Positions 16,916 through 25,127 of a DNA stretch of 32,000 bases are shown in pieces. The translations under genes were made by a program, and so were the position numbers. This stretch comes from Fibrobacter succinogenes subsp. succinogenes S85 (GTDB lineage Bacteria > Fibrobacterota > Fibrobacteria > Fibrobacterales > Fibrobacteraceae): assembly GCF_000146505.1 (NCBI RefSeq), contig NC_017448.1:2280001-2312000 (forward strand). Direction: 5' to 3'. Under the pieces are notes generated by a model that was not told the origin of the DNA, did not search any database, and worked only from the letters and a program-made list of their open reading frames with translations. Position 1 is the stretch's first letter, and every line of letters starts with the position of its first letter.

Positions 16916-18865
16916 TCACTGCCTACTGTCTACTATTTTTCCCACAATTCCGTCAGTCGTGAGGAGTTCCGGGAGAACGATTTGCTTGCTTACATCGCCG
17001 GCGGGGTAGATGGCGTAGGCGGGGACGCCGGACTTGCCCATGCTGCGCAGGAGCGCTGTGACTTCGGGCGTTTCGCGGGTCCAGTCGGCTTTGACGCGGG
17101 CGACGTTCAGGCTGTCCATGGCGCGCTTGAAATCATCGCGGTTGAGGACGGCGGCTTCGTTTGCCTTGCAGGTGAGGCACCAGTCGGCGGTGGCGTCAAT
17201 GAATACGGTACGGCCTGATTTCGCAAATTCTTCAATGAGTTCCGGCGTGTAGCGGTACCATCCATCTTCGGTGACTAGCTGTACTGACCTTGCCTTGAAA
17301 ATCGCATCGACTTCGGCTTCAAACTTTGGCGATGCAAATGCAAACCAGATGACGGCAAGAATCACGACAGAACCGCCTACGGAGAGGACTTCGCGAGAAA
17401 ACGCGACGCCCGGCGGGGCGATGTTTCCTATAGCAAAGCTCATGGCGATGCTCAAGAGCGAAATGGCGGCGAAGATGCCGACGCCAACGTTTCCGGCCTG
17501 TTCATGCACGACCCACAGGAGCCATACGACTGTACCGAGCAAGAGAACGCCCATGATTTTCTGGAGCGTGACCATCCATGCGCCCGGTTTCGGAAAAACT
17601 TTCAGGACTTTCGGAAAGGCACTCACGAGCATGTAGGGGAGCGCAAGCCCAATGCCTGCCGCTGTGAAAAACAAAAACAGCACAGGGGTTGAGGCGGTAA
17701 AGGCAAAACCCATCGCGGTGCCGAGAAATGGTGCGGAGCACGGTGTGCTCAAAAGTACGAGGAGAGCTCCTGTGAAAAACGCACCCCAGAAGCCCTGCTT
17801 GCGCCCGGCCTTGTCCATCTTGGTAGTGGCACTTCCGGGGAGCCAGATTTCAAAGACTCCAAAAAAGCTCATCGCAAAGGCGCTCAGAATCACGACCATG
17901 AATGCGATGAATCCAGCGCTCTGGAATTGCATGCCCCAGCCTGCATTTCCGCCGCCCGCCTTGACGGCGGCGACAACCCCGGCGAGCGTCCAGAAACTAG
18001 CAAGTATCCCGAGGGTTGTCGTGGCGCCTAGCATAAGCAGGCGCCGGCGGCTCTCACGAGACTGCTTGATCAAGCTGAAAAGCTTTAGCGAAAGCACGGG
18101 AAGCACGCATGGCATCAAGTTCAGAATTAAGCCTCCGAACAGAGCCGATAAAAGCAATATGAACGTTCCGGCAGCGCCTTCCGAGGCGTTCCCTGCAGCA
18201 CTCGGCGCATTGACGACATTCCCGGTGGCTTTTCCTGCTGCGCTTCCCGCAGCGTTTCCAGCGGCATTCCCCGCAGCATTCCCGTTTGAGCTTGTAGCGC
18301 TTTTCGCCGCAGGTACCGCACCATCATCTCGCGATGCGCTTTTCTTTGCAAATCCGAGCGGCCCAAGTCCAAAAGTCACTTGCGATGGCGCGAGGCAAAT
18401 GGAGTTGTCGCAAGCCTGGTAGTGGAACGTCGCCTTTGTCGTCAAGCTGTCGTAATCATCTTCAACACTATCGACCGGGAGCGTCACCGTGAAATATCCC
18501 CTGAATACGAGATTTTCAAGGTCTAATGCTTCGCTGTATTCCTTGTGCGGTTCCGGCCACTTGGGCTCTCCAAAGTGAACGCCCTTTGCCGAAATCTCAA
18601 TAGACGAAGGCTTCAAAAATTCATCGGCGGCGACGTTTGCGTTCACGTGCCATTTGTCTGGAATGACGATTTCGACTGTGACGTTTGAACCCTTCTGCAA
18701 AGTGCCTGCGGAATAGTGCATGCCCACCTCTGGAGGCGGCATATTGTTCATGTTGAACTCTTCCGCGAAAATAGCCGTTGCAAACAATAGCATGCAAAAT
18801 GAAGCTTTTTGCAAACGGTTGTTTGCAAAATTTCCAAATTCTATAAATTTGTCTAAAATTTTCAT
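16916..18865 (-). CDS. dsbD: Thiol:disulfide interchange protein DsbD (protein-disulfide reductase)
   Basis: There are three modules. The N-terminal DsbD-alpha-like domain has FHYQACDNSICLAP. The polytopic membrane core has the conserved Cys residues NLMPCVLPVL and STPCSAPFLG. The C-terminal thioredoxin domain has DATADWCLTCKANE (CxxC). Confidence 0.9.
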   Translation of the reverse strand: MKILDKFIEFGNFANNRLQKASFCMLLFATAIFAEEFNMNNMPPPEVGMHYSAGTLQKGSNVTVEIVIPDKWHVNANVAADEFLKPSSIEISAKGVHFGEPKWPEPHKEYSEALDLENLVFRGYFTVTLPVDSVEDDYDSLTTKATFHYQACDNSICLAPSQVTFGLGPLGFAKKSASRDDGAVPAAKSATSSNGNAAGNAAGNAAGSAAGKATGNVVNAPSAAGNASEGAAGTFILLLSALFGGLILNLMPCVLPVLSLKLFSLIKQSRESRRRLLMLGATTTLGILASFWTLAGVVAAVKAGGGNAGWGMQFQSAGFIAFMVVILSAFAMSFFGVFEIWLPGSATTKMDKAGRKQGFWGAFFTGALLVLLSTPCSAPFLGTAMGFAFTASTPVLFLFFTAAGIGLALPYMLVSAFPKVLKVFPKPGAWMVTLQKIMGVLLLGTVVWLLWVVHEQAGNVGVGIFAAISLLSIAMSFAIGNIAPPGVAFSREVLSVGGSVVILAVIWFAFASPKFEAEVDAIFKARSVQLVTEDGWYRYTPELIEEFAKSGRTVFIDATADWCLTCKANEAAVLNRDDFKRAMDSLNVARVKADWTRETPEVTALLRSMGKSGVPAYAIYPAGDVSKQIVLPELLTTDGIVGKIVDSRQ

Positions 18866-18914
18866 AAATTGTGTCTCGCTAAAAGAAGTAGAAAATATCG
18901 GAAATAAAACAATT

Positions 18915-19529
18915 ATGTCATATACGGGATTCCTTTGCGACCGTTCCCCGAATTGGGTGGGGACCCTCTGGGAAAAATATTCCTACAGAATATACAAATT
19001 ATGCCTGCAAAAATGTGGGGGCAAGGATGAAGCGGACGACTTGTTTCAGGAGGTGGCGCTCCGTTTTTGCCAAAAGGCGAAAGCGCTGAATAACCAGGTC
19101 TATCTGTTGCCATGGCTCCATCGGGTGCTTTTGAATTGCCATTACAACGCCTATCGCAAAAGGAACATGGGCCGTGAAATCCCCTTTTCGAGCCTGTGCG
19201 AGCCGGGAGCAGAATATGACGCTAGCGAGGTTGAATTGACTCCGCCAAATGCAGGCGAGCTGGATCTGGAATCCGTCATGGGCGAAATAGAGGTCTTGCT
19301 TGGCGTGCTGAATCCGCTCGAAAGGATGATTGTGGAACTTTCGGATGTGGGCGGGATAAGCCTCCGCGAATTGAGCCTGCTGATCGGGGTTTCCCGGGGT
19401 AGCCTTGTCCACCGCCGAGAAATCGCTTTTCAGAAAATGCAAGAAAAAATGATGGCGCAGAAACTGCAGGTCAAGATGGTTACGGGACGGAACGCCTCAT
19501 TGCGGGAAATTATTGAATACATTGGTTGA
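18915..19529 (+). CDS. RNA polymerase sigma factor, sigma-70 family, ECF-like
   Basis: ATG 18915 is used because the ORF-track start at 18720 overlaps the dsbD 5' end. The region-2-like segment is DLFQEVALRFCQKA...LPWLHRVLLNCHYNAYRKR. The region-4 HTH is LNPLERMIVELSDVGGISLRELSLLIGVSRGSLVHRREIAFQKM. Length is 204 aa. Confidence 0.75.
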   Translation: MSYTGFLCDRSPNWVGTLWEKYSYRIYKLCLQKCGGKDEADDLFQEVALRFCQKAKALNNQVYLLPWLHRVLLNCHYNAYRKRNMGREIPFSSLCEPGAEYDASEVELTPPNAGELDLESVMGEIEVLLGVLNPLERMIVELSDVGGISLRELSLLIGVSRGSLVHRREIAFQKMQEKMMAQKLQVKMVTGRNASLREIIEYIG

Positions 19530-19558
19530 AATGTTTTTAAAATTTGTAATTTTAGAAT

Positions 19559-21922
19559 GTGAAAGTATTAATCAATCTTATCTGTATCCTCTCCATCGTC
19601 TCGACTGTTTTTGCGCAAGACGAGTGGATCAATTTTTCTAGCCCTTATCCGATTAAGGCGGCAATCCCCAATGGGGAAGGCTTGCTCATGGCGACTGCAG
19701 GCGGTATCCGCTACAGGGCTTTGAATGCCGACGATTTGTACACGACATCGAACGGTCTTGGCGACCAGTCCATGAGTGCGATTGCCGTCTCTGACCTTGG
19801 CGTCTTTTCCGTTAGCGACAACGGTGTCATTTCTACAATGCTTCCCGGCGGTTCCTGGCAGGTCCTGAGCCGTTCTTATGCGGGCAGCAATACGCGTGTG
19901 ATTCCCGGCATGGCTGTTTTGGGCGGCCCTGTTCTGGTGATTGCCTTCGAAGACCGTCTTTCGTTCTTTAGCCTCAAGTCGATGACTTCCATCATTACCG
20001 TGGAGCGCATCGCCAATATCAGCGTCTCGGCGTTCCCTGTAAGTGCCATGGAAGTCCGTGGCGATTCCCTGATTGTTGCTGCGGGTGGCGGAATTTTCAT
20101 GCGCAAGATGAATTGGGAAAAGCTGGATTCCGACGTGACACTTTATAACCCGGATTCCTGGAAGATTATTTCCGAAGCGTCTAATGACAAGGAACCGATC
20201 AAGAGTATCGCCTGGAAGGATGGAGAAATCAAGACGTTCCCGACCGAAGGCATGAGAATCTGGGATAAGGATGGCGAAACGCGTGTTGCGCTCGATACGT
20301 TCTCCGTGTTTACGGATACAGATGCGATGGTTGCCGTCCGTGGAAAAGTCCTGAAGGATTCCGTCCTGTACGAGCGACTCTCTGTCGAAGAACTGGACGC
20401 CAGCCGAAAAAAGGTGACTCGCTATTATTACAAGTCCATAGTCCGTTGGGTCTCGTTGCAGCCGTCGGGCAAGGCTGTTCTTGCCGGAGCTAATAATATT
20501 TTCTATTACGATGGCAAGGAACTGACGGAACTGACGACTTACAAGCCCTTCCCGATTAGGGATGCCTATGAGCTCCAGGTCCTTCCGCAAGGCGGTGTCC
20601 TAGCGGCATCCGAAGAAGGCTTTTTGACTTACTACTATTTTGACGGCCCGGAAAAGCGCTTCAAGTGGAAAGACCCGATGCCTGTATACGAGGGCATGCC
20701 TGGGATATACAGTAAGAACGATGCGAATGCCCGCGCCCATGATATGAAGACCTTGTCAGTTCTCCCGACTGGCGCTACTTTCTACCATGTGTGGGGTGAA
20801 GCCTATTTCCTTTATGACGTCTTGGCCGATGAAAAGGCTTACCAGTACATTTCTATCGCGAACAAGGATGCGGACTACTGCATGGACAACTTTACGGGTG
20901 ATCCGAATACTCCGTACATGGTTGCCATCGCTTCGACTCCGGCTCCAGACGGCATGGGCTACCTGACGACATCTGCTTCGAATAAAGGCTACAGCCTTGT
21001 CTATGTGGATATCGACGGTACGAATGTTTCCTGTGCAAGCAATGTCGGTTCTGCTCCTTTTGGCGGACCGATGCAGGCTCGCATAAATGAAAAGGGCCAG
21101 TGGGTTGTCTATGTCGGTACGCGTGCGATAGCATCGCTTGATGCCGAAGGTGGCCTGGATGTGTTTACGTTTGACCCTCCGAAAAAGCAGGGCGGCAATA
21201 TTTTCAAGGTGGATACGACCTCCAGAAAGACGTATTCTGGCCCTTCGACAACTCCGCTAGATTTGGCCTATGAACCGAAGACGGGGTATCTCTGGATGGT
21301 GACAAACTCCGCCCTCGTGTATTGGGACCAGGATGAAAACGACCTGAAGACTCCGCTCTCAACAAACGGCCTTAACGGTGCGAGCTACACAAGCATCGAT
21401 GTTGATAGCCGTGGAAACCTTTGGGTAGGGACGACGGCGCAGGGCGTTTACCGCCTGACTCCGCGCACGACAAGCCCGGATACATTGTCCGTACTGCATT
21501 TTACGAGCCGCCATGGTCTTTTAAGCGATCGAATCCAGGACGTAGCTATTGATACTGTGCTTGGCATGGTCTGGTTTGCCCACGAAAACGGCATTACCCG
21601 CTACAAGAGGGATGACCTGCGTGGAACAGAAAAGAACATGACCGATGAAGCTCGCGAAGATGTCAAGGTTTACCCCAATCCGTTCCGTCCGAAGCTCCAG
21701 CCGTACGTCTCGTTTACCAATGTCGCAGACGATGCCGTCATCAACGTTTACAATAGGGGCGGCAAGCTTGTAGTATCGTTGAGCGGTGAAAAGATTTCCG
21801 GTGGCCGTGCCGAATGGAATGGCCGTATGGATAACGGAAACATCGTGGCGCCTGGTGTTTACCAGTACGTTGTGCGTGGCGGAACCAAGGTTAGGAAGGG
21901 CAAGCTCCTGATTATCCATTAA
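19559..21922 (+). CDS. Secreted beta-propeller protein (two-component-regulator propeller / Reg_prop-like repeats) with FlgD-Ig / T9SS-CTD-like C-terminal domain
   Basis: GTG start with signal peptide MKVLINLICILSIVSTVFA|QDE. Reg_prop-like repeats are present: NGLNGASYTSIDVDSRGNLWVGTTAQGVYRL and HGLLSDRIQDVAIDTVLGMVWFAHENGITRY. The C-terminus is VKVYPNPFRP...INVYNRGGKLVVSL...WNGRMDNGNIVAPGVYQYVV...KGKLLIIH. Confidence 0.7.
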   Translation: MKVLINLICILSIVSTVFAQDEWINFSSPYPIKAAIPNGEGLLMATAGGIRYRALNADDLYTTSNGLGDQSMSAIAVSDLGVFSVSDNGVISTMLPGGSWQVLSRSYAGSNTRVIPGMAVLGGPVLVIAFEDRLSFFSLKSMTSIITVERIANISVSAFPVSAMEVRGDSLIVAAGGGIFMRKMNWEKLDSDVTLYNPDSWKIISEASNDKEPIKSIAWKDGEIKTFPTEGMRIWDKDGETRVALDTFSVFTDTDAMVAVRGKVLKDSVLYERLSVEELDASRKKVTRYYYKSIVRWVSLQPSGKAVLAGANNIFYYDGKELTELTTYKPFPIRDAYELQVLPQGGVLAASEEGFLTYYYFDGPEKRFKWKDPMPVYEGMPGIYSKNDANARAHDMKTLSVLPTGATFYHVWGEAYFLYDVLADEKAYQYISIANKDADYCMDNFTGDPNTPYMVAIASTPAPDGMGYLTTSASNKGYSLVYVDIDGTNVSCASNVGSAPFGGPMQARINEKGQWVVYVGTRAIASLDAEGGLDVFTFDPPKKQGGNIFKVDTTSRKTYSGPSTTPLDLAYEPKTGYLWMVTNSALVYWDQDENDLKTPLSTNGLNGASYTSIDVDSRGNLWVGTTAQGVYRLTPRTTSPDTLSVLHFTSRHGLLSDRIQDVAIDTVLGMVWFAHENGITRYKRDDLRGTEKNMTDEAREDVKVYPNPFRPKLQPYVSFTNVADDAVINVYNRGGKLVVSLSGEKISGGRAEWNGRMDNGNIVAPGVYQYVVRGGTKVRKGKLLIIH

Positions 21923-21942
21923 TGCCTGCGAGGATAAATGTT

Positions 21943-22308
21943 ATGAATAAAGTTGTTGGATTTGTGGCTTTTTTGGCAGTGTCTCTTTTGGTCGGCTGTG
22001 CCGGCGAGCGCCAGGGTTTTGTGTGTGAGGAAATTGAATACCGCCTGAACACGATGACCTATTCTCCGGACCAGCGCGCCTATATGGAAGAAGAACTTCG
22101 CACGTGCCGTGTGGAAGAAGCCAAAAAGAAGAACGAGTCCGGACAATCTAATGGTAGCATTTACGAGCGTTTTGCAAATACAGAAAATGCACCGTCAGGC
22201 GATTCTTCCAATGTCGAAATCCCTGTCCAGACGCTGTTGCAGGATTCATCCGAAGAAAAGACAACTAGCATTTACGACCGCTACAAGTCTGTCGAGGCCA
22301 ATAAGTAA
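21943..22308 (+). CDS. Small lipoprotein, hypothetical
   Basis: ATG 21943 gives MNKVVGFVAFLAVSLLVGC|AGE, a classical lipobox. The product of about 121 aa has no recognisable domain. Its stop overlaps the cca start (TAATG). Confidence 0.6.
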   Translation: MNKVVGFVAFLAVSLLVGCAGERQGFVCEEIEYRLNTMTYSPDQRAYMEEELRTCRVEEAKKKNESGQSNGSIYERFANTENAPSGDSSNVEIPVQTLLQDSSEEKTTSIYDRYKSVEANK

Positions 22309-23588
22309 TGCCGAGTATTGTAACACTTTCAGGCGAGACGTTTGAACCGGACTTGCCTAATCGACTGCTTTCTATTGCAGGTGAAATCCGTGAAGCGGGT
22401 GGCCGCGCCTTTTTGGTGGGCGGCTGGGTGCGCGATGCACTCCTCGGCAAGAACTGCCGCGATTACGATGTTGAAGTCTATGACCTTGTTCAAGATGAAC
22501 TTGTCCCTATTTTAAAGAAATATGGCCGCACAAATCTTGTGGGGAAGGCCTTTGGCGTGATCCATTTGGCGATGAAGGGGCTTTCGCTCGATTTCTCGTT
22601 CCCGCGTACCGAAAGCAAGGTCGGCTATGGCCACCGCGGATTTGTGGTGCATACGGATGAAAAGCTTTCGTTCAAGGAAGCGGCGCTCCGTCGTGACTTT
22701 ACGATCAATGCAATGGGCATGGAATTGCCGGAGCTTACACTTTGCGACCCGTACGGCGGCATTGACGATTTGAAGAAAGGCTTGTTGCGCCATGTCGGCC
22801 CTGCCTTTGTCGAAGATTCACTCCGCATTTTGCGCGGTGTGCAGTTTGCTAGCCGTTTTGCACTTAAGCTTGCGCCCGAGACGATTGAACTTTGCCGGAC
22901 GCTTTCGCTTGAAGACCTTTCTATTGAACGCTTGTTCGAAGAATTCAAGAAGTGGCTGTTGAAGCCGGGCAAGCCGTCGCTTGGGCTGCGTGCGTTTTTG
23001 GATATCAAGCTGAACGAGTTCTTCCCGGAAGTTTCGCCACTGCGTGGCTCCTGGGATGATTTGGGCGAAATGCTTGATAACACGGAAAGCTTGCGCGATA
23101 ATCTTTCGGACGATCAGGTGATGGAATTTGCATTTGCCGCATTCCTCAGCGGGAGTCCGGAAACGTCTCTCAAGTTCCTTGAACGCATTACGAACGAAAC
23201 GCACTTGGTGAAAAATGTTCCGCTGCTTTTGAATGCTTATAGCACGCTTGATTTTGCAATTGTAAGTGATGCGCCGGCGCTTCGCCGCATGGCGGTGAAG
23301 CTGGGTGGCCTAAAGCTCCTGTGCTTGCTTGTGAAGGCCACCCCGCGTAAGTATTACGCCGCCGCCGGCGCCTCGGAATTCCCGGAACAGCTTTGGCAGG
23401 CCGCTGCAGATCTCGACTTGATTGAGGCAGCTCCGCAGCCGTTCCTCATGGGCAAAATGCTTATGGAAATGGGATTCAAGCCGGGCAAGCAGATGGGCGA
23501 GACCATCAAGCAAAGCTTTGAGCTTCAGCTTGACGGCAAAATCAAGAACGCCGAAGAAGCCATTGCGTGGGCGAGAAGTAGAACTTAG
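22308..23588 (+). CDS. cca: CCA tRNA nucleotidyltransferase / poly(A) polymerase-family enzyme
   Basis: The class-II nucleotidyltransferase head reads AFLVGGWVRDALLGKNCRDYDVEV (GGxVRD plus DxD), with RRDFTINAM downstream. Length is 426 aa. The last three codons and the stop (AGT AGA ACT TAG) lie inside an AGAACTTAG repeat. Confidence 0.8.
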   Translation: MPSIVTLSGETFEPDLPNRLLSIAGEIREAGGRAFLVGGWVRDALLGKNCRDYDVEVYDLVQDELVPILKKYGRTNLVGKAFGVIHLAMKGLSLDFSFPRTESKVGYGHRGFVVHTDEKLSFKEAALRRDFTINAMGMELPELTLCDPYGGIDDLKKGLLRHVGPAFVEDSLRILRGVQFASRFALKLAPETIELCRTLSLEDLSIERLFEEFKKWLLKPGKPSLGLRAFLDIKLNEFFPEVSPLRGSWDDLGEMLDNTESLRDNLSDDQVMEFAFAAFLSGSPETSLKFLERITNETHLVKNVPLLLNAYSTLDFAIVSDAPALRRMAVKLGGLKLLCLLVKATPRKYYAAAGASEFPEQLWQAAADLDLIEAAPQPFLMGKMLMEMGFKPGKQMGETIKQSFELQLDGKIKNAEEAIAWARSRT

Positions 23589-23855
23589 AACTTAGACAAC
23601 TGCGTAAGGCGAGTGAAGCAGGATTGCTTGCAAGCCTATTTAACGCTAAAGCGTTGTCTCTTGAGCTCAGAAATAGTCAAATAATTTTTGACTGCTTCAT
23701 TCGCTTTTCGAGACTTTCCGAGCCTAGCGGTTGAGATTAGAGCGAAGCGATAATCTCACTTAGAACACCCTATTTTCTCTAAAAGAACATAACTAAGTTC
23801 TAAGAGCGAAGCGAGCTAAGTTCTGCCAACTAAGGCGCCTTTGGCGCCTTTATTT
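23579..23855. other. Hairpin-rich non-coding region bounded by inverted AGAACTTAG / CTAAGTTCT copies (MITE-like remnant, structured 3' UTR or sRNA candidate)
   Basis: There is no ATG on the + strand between 23589 and 23849, and only 3-7-codon ORFs on the - strand. Left end: TAGAACTTAGAACTTAGA (23579-23596). Right end: CTAAGTTCT at 23793 and 23816. Internal inverted repeats are GCGAGTGAAGCAG (23609-21) / CTGCTTCATTCGC (23692-704), AACGCT-AA-AGCGTT, AGTCAAA-TAATT-TTTGACT, GAGATTA-N11-TAATCTC and the palindrome GCTTGCAAGC. Confidence 0.5.
23834..23855 (+). terminator. Terminator-like hairpin GGCGCC-TTT-GGCGCC followed by TTTATTT
   Basis: Perfect 6-bp GC stem with a T-rich tail on the + strand only. 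It lies 246 nt after the cca stop and abuts or overlaps the stop of the convergent GT2 gene. Confidence 0.5.
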
Positions 23856-24953
23856 CCATCTAAACATTCCCGAGATTCCTGCGGGGACGCAGAACACGAT
23901 CATCGGGATTTGAATAAGCTCTACAGGCAAGAACGCGAGCATGCGGCGCTTGGACTTGAGCTTCCAGGACGCAATGCTCAAGAATACGAAGTCCACGACA
24001 ATCTTGGGCAGAATGCTGAACACGCACCACTGCCACGGAAAATCAAGGAAGATGGCGCACCACGGACTCACGAACATCCAGATGTAGTACGTGTAAATAA
24101 GCGTGAGCAAAAGGATGTACGATTTGCTTTCGTAGTTCGTGCCGTTACTGCTCCAGCGGGCGCGCTGGTTGAAAAGTTGCTTCCACGTGTGTACCGGGGC
24201 GGTCTCTATCACTGCATCCTTGTCGAGATTGTAGCAGACCTTCGTTCCCGGGATTTTCATCATCTTGTGGATGAGCATGTCGTCATCGCCACTTGAAAGG
24301 TTGATGAGGTCTCCAAATCCGCCGACTTTAAAGAACAGGTCTTTCTTGTATGCAAGGCAAGCCGCACTCGCGACAATCGGGCGGCCAAGGCTAAAGCCTG
24401 CCGCTTCCATCGCGGTGTAGCCGAGCGTTTCAAGTTTCTGGTAGAGGTGCGGCATTGAACGCGAACCGTTGTTCTGCTTGGGGCCTTGCACAATGCAGAT
24501 ACCATCGACAAATCGCCCGGCCATGGCGGTAATCCAGCTCTTGCGCGGGATGCAGTCGGCGTCCATCGTCAAGAGCACTTCGTTTTTCGCAATCTTGAAG
24601 GCGCTTTCGAGTGCGCGCTTCTTGGGGCTTGCGATTTGCGGTAAGTCTTGCGGAAGGCTCAAAACGCGGAAACGCGGGTGCGTGGCGGCAAACTTTTCTA
24701 GAATCTCTCGCGTGCGGTCGGTAGAACGGTCATCGACGCAAATCACTTCCCATTCGCCAATGTAGTCCTGGGCGGCGACAGCTTCGAGCGTGCGTTCGGC
24801 AAATTCCTCTTCGTTACGCATCGGGATCACGACCGAGACACTTGGGGTGGCTTTCGGGCCTTTATAGCGATGCGTCTTTAACAGTCCTACTATGAAGAAT
24901 AGGAACAGGAGCGCATAGAGCGCAGTCAGGCATGCGAGAATAATGCCACCCAT
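23850..24953 (-). CDS. Membrane glycosyltransferase family 2, processive type (D, DxD, QxxRW motifs)
   Basis: One N-terminal TM helix is followed by VSVVIPMRNEE, CVDDRSTDRT, LTMDADC and FNQRARWSSNG (the QxxRW motif of cellulose/chitin/NodC-like synthases), then several C-terminal TM helices. Confidence 0.8.
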   Translation of the reverse strand: MGGIILACLTALYALLFLFFIVGLLKTHRYKGPKATPSVSVVIPMRNEEEFAERTLEAVAAQDYIGEWEVICVDDRSTDRTREILEKFAATHPRFRVLSLPQDLPQIASPKKRALESAFKIAKNEVLLTMDADCIPRKSWITAMAGRFVDGICIVQGPKQNNGSRSMPHLYQKLETLGYTAMEAAGFSLGRPIVASAACLAYKKDLFFKVGGFGDLINLSSGDDDMLIHKMMKIPGTKVCYNLDKDAVIETAPVHTWKQLFNQRARWSSNGTNYESKSYILLLTLIYTYYIWMFVSPWCAIFLDFPWQWCVFSILPKIVVDFVFLSIASWKLKSKRRMLAFLPVELIQIPMIVFCVPAGISGMFRWK

Positions 24954-24971
24954 GTGTTTTAATTTAGAAAA

Positions 24972-25004
<33 letters not shown>

Positions 25005-25026
25005 ATGGCTTTGAAGTTACAATTTT

Positions 25027-25054
25027 TCTCGTCTCCCGTCTCTCGTCTCTCGCC
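25027..25054. repeat. Tandem heptamer repeat TCTCGTC x 4 (units TCTCGTC, TCCCGTC, TCTCGTC, TCTCGCC)
   Basis: Read directly from the sequence. It lies in the same 174-bp divergent GT2/lpxA intergenic region. Confidence 0.85.
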
Positions 25055-25080
25055 TAAAAACTAAATTTAAGCCTGTTAAT

Positions 25081-25116
25081 CTAAGTTCTACCAACTAAGT
25101 TCTGCCAACTACGGCG
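25081..25116. repeat. Tandem 14-mer CTAAGTTCT(A/G)CCAA x 2; the second unit plus its flank repeats 23816-23837 (21/22 identical)
   Basis: CTAAGTTCTGCCAACTACGGCG (25095-25116) compares with CTAAGTTCTGCCAACTAAGGCG (23816-23837). These direct repeats are 1279 bp apart and bracket the GT2 gene. Confidence 0.9.
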
Positions 25117-25127
25117 AAGCCGTCATC

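Noticed and set aside
17652-20590. ORFs 17652..18422 (+, 256 aa) and 19568..20590 (-, 340 aa), antisense to dsbD and to the propeller gene
   Set aside because: They are shadow ORFs with Ala/Pro/Arg-rich, low-complexity translations. The opposite-strand genes have diagnostic motifs.
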